NCBI GenBank assembly: GCA_030167865.1
Contig: JALAGF010000143.1
Coordinates: forward strand, 1 to 64,000
Source: Craspedostauros australis
Lineage: Eukaryota
Length of the DNA: 64,000 nt
Reading direction: 5' to 3'
Position numbers and translations under genes: made by a program. Of this stretch, positions 34,201 through 47,000 are shown piece by piece (position 1 is the stretch's first letter; each line of letters opens with the position of its first letter). The notes under the pieces are model-generated. The model worked only from the letters and a program-made list of their open reading frames with translations, made no database searches and was not told where the DNA came from.

Positions 34201-35766
34201 GCTGAAGGAAACCTGAATGGACACGATGCACACAGGCGGCATGCGAGCGAGCCAATCCTGAGAGACAACATGCCTTCGGTACAGAACGGCCGTCGTCGCA
34301 ACCGTTCCAACAGCAACCCCGATTCCAACATGGCTGGTAACAATCGCAACGACCAATGCCAAATGAGCGTGGGGCAGCTGAGCCTGGAGGATATCGAAGA
34401 GGAGAAGACCGTCAATCTTCGAGATCCAAGCAAGATGCATCAGGCCTACCAGAAGAAGACCATCATGCAGCTGGAGGTGCAGTGGAACGTCGATGTGCTC
34501 AAGACCATGCTCCAGAAGATCCTTGCCATGAGAGATGGAAGCAAGGGCGCGGGTACAAATGCACCATCACGACGATCGTCGCCAACGAAAGCGGAGATCG
34601 CAGCGCTCAGCATCAATCGCAGACCAGGAGAGATCGTGCTGGACGAAGTGCAGGAGGTCATCGCGCTGCCGCAAGCAGCCGCCCAATACAAGCAAGACCC
34701 GGCCACCATCGAGCTTGGCGCCAGGGTCGTCGCGCAGATTAGCGATTTCGTCGAAAACATCGCGTCGATGTACCGCAAGAATCCCTTCCACAACTTCTCG
34801 CACGCCAGTCACGTTGTACAGTCCACCAGCAAGCTGATGAGTCGCATTGTGACCGCCAACCACGTCGACTACACAGGCATGTCCTACAAGGATGAGCAAC
34901 CAAACACGCTTGCGATGCATCGCTTCACGTACGGTATCACATCCGATCCCGTCACTCAGTTCGCTTGCATCCTGGCCGCGCTGATCCACGACGTGGATCA
35001 CTCCGGGGTTCCGAACGTGCAGCTGGCCAAGGAGCAATCCCATTTGGCGGATCTGTATCGTGGCAAGAGCGTGGCCGAGCAACACTCGCTGGACCTGGCC
35101 TGGGATCTGCTGATGGAGCCGCAGTACGAGGACTTCCGAGCATGCATCTATTCGAATCAGGAGGAGCTGAACCGCTTCCGTCAGCTGCTGGTGAACGCTG
35201 TTATGGCAACCGACATCATCGACAAGGAGCTGAACAATCTGCGCAAGGCGCGTTGGGAGAAAGCATTCAGTAACAGCGACCATGATGCCGCTGCTTCTGC
35301 TGCTGGTGACCAGGGAGAAGGCAGCGACCCAGCAGCAAACAACGGCAATGGTGACGCTGGTACCGATGTGGAGAGCGCCAACCGCATGGCCACCATCGTC
35401 ATTGAGCATCTCATCCAGGCATCGGATGTGGCCCACACCATGCAGCACTGGCATGTGTACGTCAAGTGGAACGAGAAGCTGTTCGACGAGATCTATCAGG
35501 CCTACAAATGCGGGCGTTCCAGGATGGATCCATCCAGAGGCTGGTACCAAGGTGAGCTTTGGTTCTTTGACAACTACATCATCCCGTTGGCGAAGAAGCT
35601 GAAGGATTGCGGCGTGTTCGGCGTGTCCAGCGATGAATATCTGAACTACGCCCAGGCCAACCGCGGAGAGTGGGAGACCCGAGGCAAAGGGGTGGTGGAT
35701 GCCTACATGGCGAAGTACCGAGGAGGGAACAATGGGGCACCAGCACCAAATGGCACGGGTCTTTGA
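31278..35766 (+). CDS. Receptor cyclase-PDE fusion, copy 2 (3 exons, about 1358 aa)
   Basis: Exons 31278-31808, 32001-33402, 33623-35766; GT-AG introns keep frame. Same architecture and motifs as copy 1. Confidence 0.92.
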
Positions 35767-37124
35767 TCATTGCACAATTTTCACAGCGGCGTCATCAATA
35801 TCGGCACCAGTTCACAATAGGGGCAGCAGAATATTCGCTGAGTAATACATTCGCAAATGCATGCGCAACTAGAATGTATAAGATTATTTATGATGCCATC
35901 TTGATTTCTTCTCTCGACAGTAGGTACATTCCGTTCGAGAGGAATGTCTCATCTACACTCCGCTCCAATACTCTACACCTTTACACAACGTCCGACAATG
36001 TGTCATGCCGTTGATAACATGTCCGTTACGGAAGATAGAGCGTTCTTCAACAAGGGACACACGAATCTATTGTTGCCCTGGATGCGCCGCAGCGGATGCG
36101 GAAGCACCAATGTGGATAGATTGTTCGGCCGACCTTCGAGGCACATTGTATCCCAAGCGAAGTGTGCGTCTGTACAGAAGTTTCCATCCGCGGACCATTC
36201 CGACTTGGAATGGAACCGATGATGTCTGCAGCAGCCCTGCTGGTGCATTGTCAATGCGCATCGCAGAAGCTGCGCCTTGTCCTACCGGCTTCTTTTGAAT
36301 CCAACTCGGTTGTCCCAAGGTGCAGGCCAGATGAGTCGACACAGCGCTCACTTTCGTGCAGTCTGGCTGGGTCCTGAGAAGCGTTGGGATCACTCGCATA
36401 TCTGTGGAGTGGCACGTTCCGGTGAGATTCGTGATGGAGTAGCTTGTGCTCAGGAGTACACTCTCTTGGGTCCATGCGAGGAGGCAGATGGATCATTTCG
36501 ATCGTCACGCAGTCCGTGTGATCAGAAGTTGGATAGAGTATACTTGTTGTGGTAGAGCAGGTCGTGGGCAGTGTACTATATGGCACCATAGATATGTCAC
36601 GAATTCAGATTTATGGAAAGACCGACTTATCTGCGTGTCTTGTGACATTTCATTCCGTCACAATTGATAGTTGCGTGACGGCTGTCTTCTTTTCGCGCTT
36701 TGAGGGATCGGATTCGCTAAGCTTGGATGACGAAGGAAAGTTGCGACACTTTCGCTTTGCTGGAACTCCGACCTGCACACTTCATCTGCAGACGTGAGAA
36801 CAGGAGCCCAAATACAAGCCTGGTGAGTTTCATAGTCGTATCCATGGCGCTTTTCGAAATTGGCGATGTCGAACTTGGTCTTGATGTGGATCTGCGTGGT
36901 CGTTGTGTGTCTGGTGGATTGGCTGCGATGGTTACGCTGACGTTGATGTTGACGTTGACATGGATCCTGTTGCTGCGACTGTCATTACTGCGGCCGCTCA
37001 TCGTTCCATTGCTACTGCTCCAGTTGTTTGCTCCAGTTGTTGTTGTTTGCTTGATCTTTCGGTCAGCGAGCGTCAACATCGCCCTCTCATCATAAATTTG
37101 GATATCGATCAAAACAGCATCACC

Positions 37125-38432
37125 ATGGCACCATCTACAAAAACCAAGCTTCTCCTGGCCGCTGCGGTCGGTGGCGCCGTCCTCGCCGTCGCGCTGTTCC
37201 CTCGTGCCCACAACGAGGATGCGCTGCTGGCCGACTGGTCGCAGCCCCCGCCCTTCTTCGTCTTCAATTCCTTGGTGTGGCTCTCGCATCTGTTCCATCG
37301 CATGGGCGACGCCCTCGTGCCACCACCAATCACCATGTTCGACATTTCGATGCGATACCAGGAGACCATGCTGGCGTACGTGTGCCACAAGTTCGAGATC
37401 CCAGATTTCCTGGCGACTGGTCCAAAGACGGTCGAGGAGATCGCCGTCCACATGGAGACCGAGTACAACGTCCTTCGCGTCGAACGTCTCATGTACAGCC
37501 TGGCCTCGCACGGCATGACGCAGCTCGACCCGGCCTCTCCCAATCCCGACAAACCGCGCTTCGTCAATACGGCTCTGTCGGCCACCCTGCGTACTGATGG
37601 CCCCCACAGCATGCGTGCCATGCTGGGGATCCAGGTGGAGGATTTCTTCCCCTCCTGGTCCCACTTCCCCAAGCTCTTCGGTCCAGAGGGCAAGACCGCC
37701 GTGCCGTGGGATATGGCATGGCCGGACTATCCACGATCCAAGGGCGGAATGTGGGACATGTACAAGTTCAAGCCGGAGCAGGAGGAGCAGTTCGGCCGCG
37801 CCATGCTCGCCCTCGAGGGAATCGGCGGCATCTCGATGGCCAAGGACGGTCCATTCGGAAAGTACGACAGGATCCTCGACATCGCCGGAAACCTCGGTCA
37901 CCAGCTGCAGAAGATCCTCGACGAGTACCCAGGCACCAAGGGCGTTCTCTTCGATCAACCGAAGGTCATCCAGAACGCAAAGGCATTCTGGCAATCCGAG
38001 CACTCCGACATGCTCGATCGCGTCAAGATGGTTGGAGGCAACTTCTTCCAGAGTGGTTCGTTGCCTTTGGCGCAGGACGGCGACGCCTACTCCATGCGAT
38101 TCATCCTTCACGATTGGAGCGACGAGGAGTGCCTCGTGATCCTGGACAACCTGCATGATGCCATGCGCGGAAAGAACGCAACTCTGATCGTCGGCGAGGC
38201 CGCCATTCCTGAGCGCAGCGACGTGCCCCTGCCCGCCATCAAGACGAAGCTGGACATGCTCATGCTGACCAACCTGATGGCGAAGGAGCGCACTCCATCC
38301 CAGTGGACCGAACTCCTCGCCCAAGCTGGCTTCGATGTGGTTGAGTTCTACCCCACCAGATCCATCCTTCACTGGATCGAGGCTGTGCCGCGCCCGGGAT
38401 TCAAGAAGGACATCGCCACATTGACTTCCTAG
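37125..38432 (+). CDS. SAM-dependent O-methyltransferase (Methyltransf_2 / COMT-HIOMT type) with N-terminal signal/anchor, copy 1
   Basis: MAPSTKTKLLLAAAVGGAVLAVALFP; dimerisation region IPDFLATGPKTVEEIA; SAM motif ILDIAGNLG; LFDQPKVI; GGNFF; catalytic ILHDW; KERT. Confidence 0.9.
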   Translation: MAPSTKTKLLLAAAVGGAVLAVALFPRAHNEDALLADWSQPPPFFVFNSLVWLSHLFHRMGDALVPPPITMFDISMRYQETMLAYVCHKFEIPDFLATGPKTVEEIAVHMETEYNVLRVERLMYSLASHGMTQLDPASPNPDKPRFVNTALSATLRTDGPHSMRAMLGIQVEDFFPSWSHFPKLFGPEGKTAVPWDMAWPDYPRSKGGMWDMYKFKPEQEEQFGRAMLALEGIGGISMAKDGPFGKYDRILDIAGNLGHQLQKILDEYPGTKGVLFDQPKVIQNAKAFWQSEHSDMLDRVKMVGGNFFQSGSLPLAQDGDAYSMRFILHDWSDEECLVILDNLHDAMRGKNATLIVGEAAIPERSDVPLPAIKTKLDMLMLTNLMAKERTPSQWTELLAQAGFDVVEFYPTRSILHWIEAVPRPGFKKDIATLTS

Positions 38433-40548
38433 ATTTTGCTTGGGGGGTCAGACAGTTGGCCACGAGTCGGCAATTGGTTGGCTCGAATGCCACACAATGT
38501 AAATGTAGTCTTAGCACTTGTAGTGATAACAGTAGTGCAGGAATAAGCCGCAGTTCGATATGTCGAAAGTCCGGTGACGGGTGCATTTGGTGGAGCAGTT
38601 GTTTCGTTTCGCTCGGATACTGTCGTCCTTTTGTGTAGTTGTCGTGTGGATTGGAGGAAGCGAAGTGTTTGATCCAATTAGGGATGTCGTTCGTCAAACA
38701 GGTTCATTTGAATTGGTCGTCTGGGCGCAATTTGTGATCAATCTGAATTGTGTCTGTCTGTCCAGAAACTATTTTGATGTGTCTGTTTGCATCTGTTTGG
38801 ATTTGTCTGTTTCTTGTGTTGATGATTCTCGAACATATCAGGCGAAAGTGCCGCTACAAGGGTAAGCTCCCGGAATGAACGAGGCTTGGATCATGCTCTT
38901 GTTGATGCAAGGAACCAAGCAAGGTTCTGCAGCAAGCAAGGAAAAGCAACTTGTTTCCAGTGGCAAGTCAAGTATTCGTACCATACGGTACCGCACTCCG
39001 TTCCATTCTGATCATAGCATCTGTCCAGAATGGCCTGTCGTGTTAGCGATCCTGCGAATGTTGGGTGACGCACGAACTACGAACTACGAACTACGGAGTA
39101 CGCACTTGCGCCAATGCCCACAATCGGAGGGGAAGGGAAGAAGTTGGCCGGATGCGGACAGTGGTCGTTGCGCAATGCTGCCGATGTGCTCTTGGCGCTT
39201 ACTCTGCTATCCACGAACAAAGAAGGCGCTAAGGTCGTTGATTTGTCCGTGGATGAGTTTTCGTGCGTTGATCGTAAATGCGCGACCCATAGATTATTGG
39301 CCGAACTCGTTCTCATTCGTTAACAACATGGTCATGGTGCTTCAATAGGTCGTACGCGTGTTCATTCAAGAGTGGAACTTCGCTTTTGGTTGGTGCGATA
39401 CGGGCACGGATAGCACTTGCGATCTTCGAACCTTGCAGAACACACCCGAAATGGCCGATGGATCTTTGTGTGTGTCGACTATTCTTCCCGAGACGTACAT
39501 TTAGCGAAGCAGAAGCACTTCATGGATCGATCTGACGCACTTGTGGTACGAGCATTGCTCCCATCTCGGCGAAGGAAGATTCGGTGATGTTGTGACGCGA
39601 CGCGACGCGACAGGTGCGATGGGTCCAGCCGCCACCACACATGGTATCTTCTTTGCGAGTTGTCATCCAAAAGTTCCATCGCGCACGTCTGTGTCATTGG
39701 CATCCTTGCGTTTCGTGAACGTTGATGTTACTGATGATGGTGGCGCCGATTGATGGGGGAAAACAGGCAAGACAGAACGCGACAAGATTGAGCACAGTAT
39801 TGCACACGTATTGTTGCTCTCTCCCAAGAGATTCCCAGAACGCAACAAGAGGATCCGATTCTTCGGAAGGATAGAAAGCTCGAGTTGCACCCCGTCGTCG
39901 CCATGGACGAATCGTACACGTACTCCTCTGGAGCGAGCAATGACCGAAGGACAGAATTGCACGCGGTCTGTGGCTGCCGGTTTCATTCATTCTTTGCATC
40001 AACTATCGACCACAGTCGTACCAGTACTCGTAGTAGTACAATACCAATGTGATCTCCTGCTTCATCGATGTGCGAGGTGTGCGAGGCGCACATGATGGGA
40101 TCGCCACATGCTGATGGCTGCCCAAATCGCTGATGACGCGAGACGGCGGGAAATCGGAAAGATGAAGAAGTTCTTCCGTTTGTTGGTGAGCTTGTGATGA
40201 ACGCTTGGCAACCCCAGGCTCCCTCGACCTGCTGTCGTTGGTTTGTGTTGGAATTGCCAACGTCGTCATTGGTGTTGCGTGACATGTGGATTGACTTCGT
40301 GCGAGGATCATTCGTTTTGTCCATCGTTCTGTTCTGGTGTCACAAAATCAACCATCGTCACATGGATTGACCTTTCTCACATAGGACAGTATTAATAGAC
40401 GACAACACGACTATCCCATCGTTCATCAAGATCTCCACAACCACCACCCACCACCCATCATCCATCATCAATCACATACACTAATACAATAGCCGCAGCT
40501 GTAAAGTACATCAATTCCACATCACATCGAATCTCAAGAACCGTCACT

Positions 40549-41859
40549 ATGCCAACCGCCAGCAAATCAAAGCTGCTGCTCGTCGCGGCCGCCGTCGCAG
40601 GTGCTGTCCTCGCTGTCGCTCTGTTCCCTCGCAAGCACAGCGAGGAGGCGCTGCTGATGGATTGGTCGCAACCGCCACCCTTCTTCCTGTTCAACTTCCT
40701 GGTGTGGCTGCCGCACCAGCTGCGCCTCCTGGCCGACGCCCTCACGCCGCCGCCGCTCGTCATGTTCGACATCTCGATGCGATTCGAGGTGACCATGATG
40801 GCGTACGTGTGCCAGAAATTCACCATCCCGGACTTCCTGGCGACGGGACCCAAGACGGTGGAGGAGATCGCCTTGCACATGCAGACGGAGTACGACGTGC
40901 TGCGCGTGGAGCGGTTCATGTACGCCCTGGCATCTCACGGCATGACGAAGCTGGACCCGGCCTCTCCAAACCCCAAGAAGCCGCGCTTCGTCAACACGGC
41001 CCTGTCGGCCACGCTGCGTTCCGATGGTCCCCACAGCGCCCGTCCCTTCCTCAGCCTCGGCGTCGAAGACCTCATCTCGTCGTGGCTGCATTTCCCCAAG
41101 CACTTCGGTCCCGACGGCAAGGACGCCATCGCGTGGGACTTTGCCAACCCGGACTACCCCACATCCAAGGGCGGCATGTGGTACATGCACCAGCAGCGAC
41201 CCGATAGGGAAGAGAACTTCGGCCGCGCCATGTTCGCGCTGGAGGGTCTCGGCGGCGTCGCGATGGCCAAGGATGGACCGTTCGAGAAGTTCACGCGCAT
41301 CCTCGACATCGCCGGATCGCTGGGCCACCAGCTGCACAAGATCCTCGACGAGTACCCCAGCACGAAGGGCGTCCTCTTCGACCAGCCCAAGGTGATCGAG
41401 AATGCCAAGGCCGTGTGGCAATCCGAGTACAGCAACGCCAGCGATCGCGTCAAGATGGTCGGCGGCAACTTCTTCCAGACCGGTTCGCTGCCGTTGGCGC
41501 AGGACGGTGACGCTTACATCTTGCGATTCATCCTGCATGACTGGGCCGACGAGGAGTGCCTCATGATCCTGGACAATCTGTACGATGCCATGCGCGGCAA
41601 GAATGCCACCTTGATCATCGGGGAGGCCGACATTCCGGAACGCGACGAGGTGCCGGTGCCTCCTGTCAAGACGAAGCTGGACATGATCATGATGACCACC
41701 TTCAACGCCAAGGAACGAACCCCGTCCCAATGGAAGGCTCTGATGGCGCAGGGCGGCTTCGACGTCAAACACTTCTATCCGACCAGGTCCATCCTGCATT
41801 GGATCGAGGCTGTGCCTCTTCCCAACTTCCAGCGGAAAGTGGAAGCCCCCACGGCTTGA
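40549..41859 (+). CDS. SAM-dependent O-methyltransferase, tandem copy 2
   Basis: 436 aa, colinear with copy 1 (ILDIAGSLG, GGNFF, ILHDW, KERT) and with the same hydrophobic N-terminus. Confidence 0.9.
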   Translation: MPTASKSKLLLVAAAVAGAVLAVALFPRKHSEEALLMDWSQPPPFFLFNFLVWLPHQLRLLADALTPPPLVMFDISMRFEVTMMAYVCQKFTIPDFLATGPKTVEEIALHMQTEYDVLRVERFMYALASHGMTKLDPASPNPKKPRFVNTALSATLRSDGPHSARPFLSLGVEDLISSWLHFPKHFGPDGKDAIAWDFANPDYPTSKGGMWYMHQQRPDREENFGRAMFALEGLGGVAMAKDGPFEKFTRILDIAGSLGHQLHKILDEYPSTKGVLFDQPKVIENAKAVWQSEYSNASDRVKMVGGNFFQTGSLPLAQDGDAYILRFILHDWADEECLMILDNLYDAMRGKNATLIIGEADIPERDEVPVPPVKTKLDMIMMTTFNAKERTPSQWKALMAQGGFDVKHFYPTRSILHWIEAVPLPNFQRKVEAPTA

Positions 41860-42317
41860 TCCACCCCGATAGAGGAACCGCACTCGCGCCTGTCATTGTA
41901 GTCCAAATCGACGATCCGAGTGACGAGGTGATATGACTACACGAGGCAAGCTGGGTACGATCCGCTCCATGCCAACATGCGTCATCCATCATCCGTCATC
42001 CGTCATCCGCGAATACGGATGTGTAGCCACGAAGAGATGTAACAGTAACAGCAATAGCAATGGCAATAGGAACAGCAATAGGAGCGGCAATACTAATCCA
42101 CCACTGCGAGAGTAACACTGCAATGCGCTCTGCGGACTTCATGCCAAGTAGAGTATAATGCTCACAAACAAGCGCGGATACTCTGGCGAGAAGCAGCAGA
42201 CGAAGAGTCAAAGTGCGAGCCAACCATGAGGTCGACAGTCGCTGCCCCTTATCAGCTTGTGATGCACGCGGTTGTCCTACGCGAGCATCTTGGCTGGGTA
42301 AGTAGAATAGGCGCATT

Positions 42318-42344
42318 GTAGTAGTAGTAGTAGTAGTAGTAGTA
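42318..42344. repeat. (GTA)n microsatellite
   Basis: Uninterrupted gtagtagta... run seen directly. Confidence 0.9.
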
Positions 42345-43568
42345 TTGGCAGACAACGCAAGTGTGTATCGCAAAGCGTGAGCATCCGCTCGCAGGGATCC
42401 CATCATGCTCGTCCACGCTACATCCGATTCTGTCACTACGAGGTATGTAATACTATCATACTTGCATGATTGAACTCTGTGATCCATCCAGAGAGCGGGT
42501 ATTCCCCCCACACCGAACGAGTAACCCCTGCCATGGTCTCGGCTAGATCTTGCTATGTACTCGCACGCATCATGCATGGAGAAGCTCGTTGGGCGCAATA
42601 CTATATCGCTAAACAGGATAGAGGATTCTAGGTTAGTCGACCAATGCTATCCAGAGAAGACGCTTGATAAACACTATTTTAGACCGGGAGCTGCGGCAAA
42701 TAAATGCTACTCCGAAGGGCCTTTTGCTCTCTGTGCACCAACAAGCGTCACGGCAACATCACGAGTCACCTTTTCCAGGTACTAGGTGTTCGTTCCAGTT
42801 CCGTGCAACAAGACACTTTGATACAACCGGTTGTTGCGCTGATACTAGTCACGGACAGGCTTTGTTCACGCATTCCTTGTCTGTGCCTGTTTCTGTTCGT
42901 TGTTCGAAGCAAGACCATTGGGCGGATTGTCACCTTTGCGTTCGGAATGGGTGTGTCTTGTCGTATGTGACGACATAAAAAGCGCGAGCACCAGACGTCG
43001 ATACCGCCGTTCAGCACGAAGAACACACCAAACGCTACTTCTGGACGGGCGAATAAAGTAGCGATGGGGTGACGGGTGCCGTCGACACTAGCGCGGCCAT
43101 TTTCCACTCCCGTCGTGAGAATCATTACGAACGATCAGCTGTTTCGTTCCTCGTTTCTGTCACGTAATCGTGTTCGGGATCCTATTTGAGTTACCAGAGC
43201 GCGAGACGAGCGACTATTCTTTGAAGGTTGGATATTTGTGAACATCAATAGTCATAGTGGGAGTGGTTGGATTGCCCTTCATCGAGGCAAAAACGTCTTT
43301 ACGTTGACACCGCGTGCCTTCTGTTATGAACAGAGTCGTGCCAGCCGGACCGACTTCTCCACACCACGAGCGACTCAAGAACGGTCACCTCTCCCTTCGA
43401 AATGTCAATGAGGCATCGAGATCGGCGGAGCAAAAAGCCCCGTTGGGAAGAAACAAACTACCGTAGCGGTTTCGCGAAGACGTTGCGTAGTAGGAATCCA
43501 CGAAGCAGGCATGGAGGGGCTGGTTCCTTTCTTTTCGCGGAAGTGTTCGTGGAGCGACGAACACGGTG

Positions 43569-43603
43569 GTCGAGCCATGGTAGTCGAGCCATGGTAGTCG
43601 AGC
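43569..43603. repeat. 14-bp tandem repeat (GTCGAGCCATGGTA x2.5)
   Basis: Seen directly, about 470 bp upstream of cyclase-PDE copy 3. Confidence 0.85.
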
Positions 43604-44069
43604 ATCGTGCAATTACAGGGGTACTCGTGGTATGCATGTGCCGTCATGGATGGACGGCGAACAGGTCCATGGAGACAGTACGGACCCGTATGTATGTAAT
43701 GGTACAGTCCTCTGATGGGTCTTTCTGTTGAATCTCGTGTCGGAAGCGAGAAAACGCTGGCAGCCACCAGGAGGCAGATTGCAATTGTGTCATTACCAAC
43801 CAGCTACCAGTTCTGTTCGTAGTCTTCGCGCGTCGGCGCAGCGCGATCGGCTGAATCTGGTAGAATCACGCGCGCTTGTGCTTGGATCTCTCGCGCACCA
43901 ACAGCCTCTCCGAATTTTGGCGGCATCAACAAGGCGACGCAACAAAGCAGTCCAGAGTATGAGCGGTAAAAAGCCCGTGGAACAAAACAGCGGAACCCGA
44001 ACGATCGCATAATAACGCAGCGCCAACCAGCACTCTGCATTGTCCACAAAAAACGAGCATCGATCGGAC

Positions 44070-47000
44070 ATGAAGGCGAAGGAAGCAGCAATGCCTGTTG
44101 CCTCCGACACAAATACCACCGGAAGCAACAGCAACAGCGACATGACCTCGCCCACCACCGAGGACGGATTCCTTTCCAGCACCAGCTCCGGATCTTCCGC
44201 CCACATGCGACAAGGATCCAAGATGCGCAGACCCTTCGGAGGCGGCAGGATCAGCAACAAGAATAGCAACAACCACAGCAACAAGAATAGCAGCAGCAAC
44301 AACCACAACAGCGGCTTCCAAGAACAGGCCAACGGCATGATGCACCGCGAGGACTCCACCAGCAGCAGCCAGAACGGCGTGGCCAGCAACCTCGCGGACG
44401 ACTTCCACGACGACGACGCCACCAGCGACGGGGACCACGACACGCACGAGCACAGCGGCTCGTCGCACGCCTTCGCGCCGTCGGGGCACTCCATCTCGTC
44501 CCACATCGACGACCAGATCAGCGTCGGCGGTTGGGGCAAGCGCAACACCAAGAAGACCTCGTCGAAGGGGCGCGGCGCCAGCAGCAGCAGGACAGGGACG
44601 AGCAAGCTGGTGGCGTCCGAGACAAGGTGGATCCTGTGCTCCAAGGCACTCTTCTTCCTGGTGCTCATGGTGGCAGCAGGTCTCAGCGCGTTCTTCGTGT
44701 GGCAGGACACGGCCAACAAGGAGCAGCATGCTTACGAGAGAGCGGTACGTTCCAGTTTCCATTCGTCAAGCGCATTCATCGCATCGGTTGCTTCGCGACC
44801 TGCTTTCTGCCTTTGGATCTGCGGCAGTTTGCGATGCGGTGTTTGTTCCAGTTCTTATCTTGTTTTGTCTTGGCTTTGCTTCTGTGCGCTGCGGTGTGTC
44901 TGACATCGGGACGCAACAGGCAGCGGACAATGCGCGCGACCTTCACTGCGCTGGAGAGGCCAGCAGGCGGGCCTTTCGCCTCGAAGCAGGTGTTCTCGTG
45001 AGAAAAGACGGAGACTGTCACTGGGACCAAGACATTTCCCAAGACGTTGACAAACGCACCAGCATCCTCGTCGAGGCAGTACCGTTGACAATGACTTTAC
45101 GCTCTCTTGATCAAAACTGGACATCACCGAAATGCTCACACACTTGGCCGACATCGCTTGCGCGCACCACCACACCCCACCACGTTGGCATGGCTTTGCG
45201 GAACGCAACATCTCCATCACCAACATCACGAACAAACAACAAACAACAATCGCTCCAACTGCGACCACCATCTCTCTCCCTCCCTCTTTGCCAATCTGCC
45301 AATCTTCTCCATGGTATCAACACGAACATGAATACGAATACGAATGTGAATACAGCTCACCGATGTTGCCAATGCAGCCATCGCGGCGTCGAAGCAGCAT
45401 GCTGACTTCGTCACGAAAACGTACGACACAATCAGCCTCCAGATAACAGCCCAGCAGGAGGCGGCGCAAGAGCTGGACCACACATCGCCCTATCCGCGGA
45501 GGTGGCCTTTCGTCTACCTGCACGGCTTCGAAGCCCGCACCATCCAGCTCATCGACTACACCGAAACCAAGAACATCGCTTTTTCTCCGTTAGTCCATGT
45601 GGACGACGAGGCGCAATACGAAGCATTCGTTCTGGGGTTGCTCGATGAGGCCATCAAGGAAAACCTGGAATTCACCGGCCACCCGGATGCCAACCTTGAC
45701 ATCATTCCGTACATCCACGATCTCTCGAGCACCGGGGTGGTGGATGCCGTGCCGACCAAGGATGGTCTCTTCTCGCCCATCCTCAACGTGGGCGACACCT
45801 GGTTCAACGGCAACATCACCAATTTCAACATGTTCAATGAACCATTGGCGAACATGACCGTCCATCGCGTCATGCAAACCAGGAAAACGGTCGTCTCTCC
45901 GATCCAAGGCATCGCCAACGAGATGTTCGACGATCCAGCTGCTCTCAGCCTGGTGGGTGCACCGATCTTCCGATCGCTGGACCTTGACGACAAGACGGTG
46001 GTTGGAACCCTGAGCGGCCAAATCGAGTGGATTGGATACCTGAGGGGCATTCTGCCGGAGGGCACCGATCCCGTCTACATCGTTCTCGAGTGCACATGCA
46101 CCAAGAGCTACACGTACCTCGTGGAGGGTCCGGAGGTCACCTACATCGGCGAAGGCCTTCAAATCGACGAGGTCGAAGGACGCGGCGCCTCGGATGGGAA
46201 TATCCGGATCTCGGGTGAGTACGACACGTACGTCACCTTCCAGGGCTGCGGCTTCTTTGTCCACGTCCACCCGACGCAGGACTTCTACGACGCCATCGTC
46301 ACCACCCAGCCGACCATCAACGCCATCACGATCGTGGCGACATTCCTCCTCACCGCCATCATCTTCGTCCTCTACGACATCCTCGTCGAACGACGACAAA
46401 AGGAGATCATCAAGTCTGCCGATCAGTCCAACGCCATCGTTACATCGCTGTTCCCGGCCAACGTCCGCGACCGCCTCATGAACGACGCGGCAGCGAGACG
46501 GCCGCCAAACAGCTCCAAGCAGGGAGATAGCCCAACGTCGCGCAACACCCAAAAGACGGCTCAAAAGATCAACAGCAGCAGCGGAAACCTCATCACCAAC
46601 GTCTTCCAAGACAAGGGCATGAGCAGCATCATCGCTTCGGCCCCACTCCAGAATCCCCTGGCATCCGCCACCGCCTCCATGTCGAAGAGCAGCGGCAAGT
46701 ACGGCAGCGGCAAGCCCATCGCAGATCTGTTCCCATTCGCGACGGTCCTCTTTGCGGATATCGTTGGTTTCACAGGTAAGTGTGGTGCCATGCATGGTTG
46801 TTCATGTGATTTGTGCTAATGTGTTAATGCGTTATGTGGATGTGGTTGTGGTTGTGGTTGTGGATATTCACACTCAGACTCGCGCTCACAAACACGCTCG
46901 CTCCAATTCACACTTCAACACTTGCACAAACGCACACACGCAGCATGGTCGAGTATGAGAGAACCGACACAGGTGTTCGAGCTCCTCGAGACCCTCTACA

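Noticed and set aside
36717-38372. 551-aa antisense ORF over OMT1, and similar long antisense ORFs at 40567-41883, 47471-49195, 50527-52635 and 28000-29115
   Set aside because: Shadow frames of genes with strong C/G-ending codon bias; no recognisable motifs, and they overlap well-supported sense genes.
37125-41859. OMT pair as the DMSP-synthesis methyltransferase DSYB
   Set aside because: Same broad fold, but I see no DSYB-like N-terminal signature; the motifs fit generic COMT/HIOMT-type OMTs. A phylogeny would be needed to say more.
43569-43603. Short direct repeats (also 22491-22529 and 59893-59935) considered as a CRISPR-like array
   Set aside because: Head-to-tail minisatellites with no unique spacers, no cas genes, and a eukaryotic context.
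44745-45355. Long intron 1 of copy 3 (611 nt vs 192-333 nt in paralogues) as a MITE or ncRNA host
   Set aside because: I could not see terminal inverted repeats, target-site duplications or snoRNA boxes.
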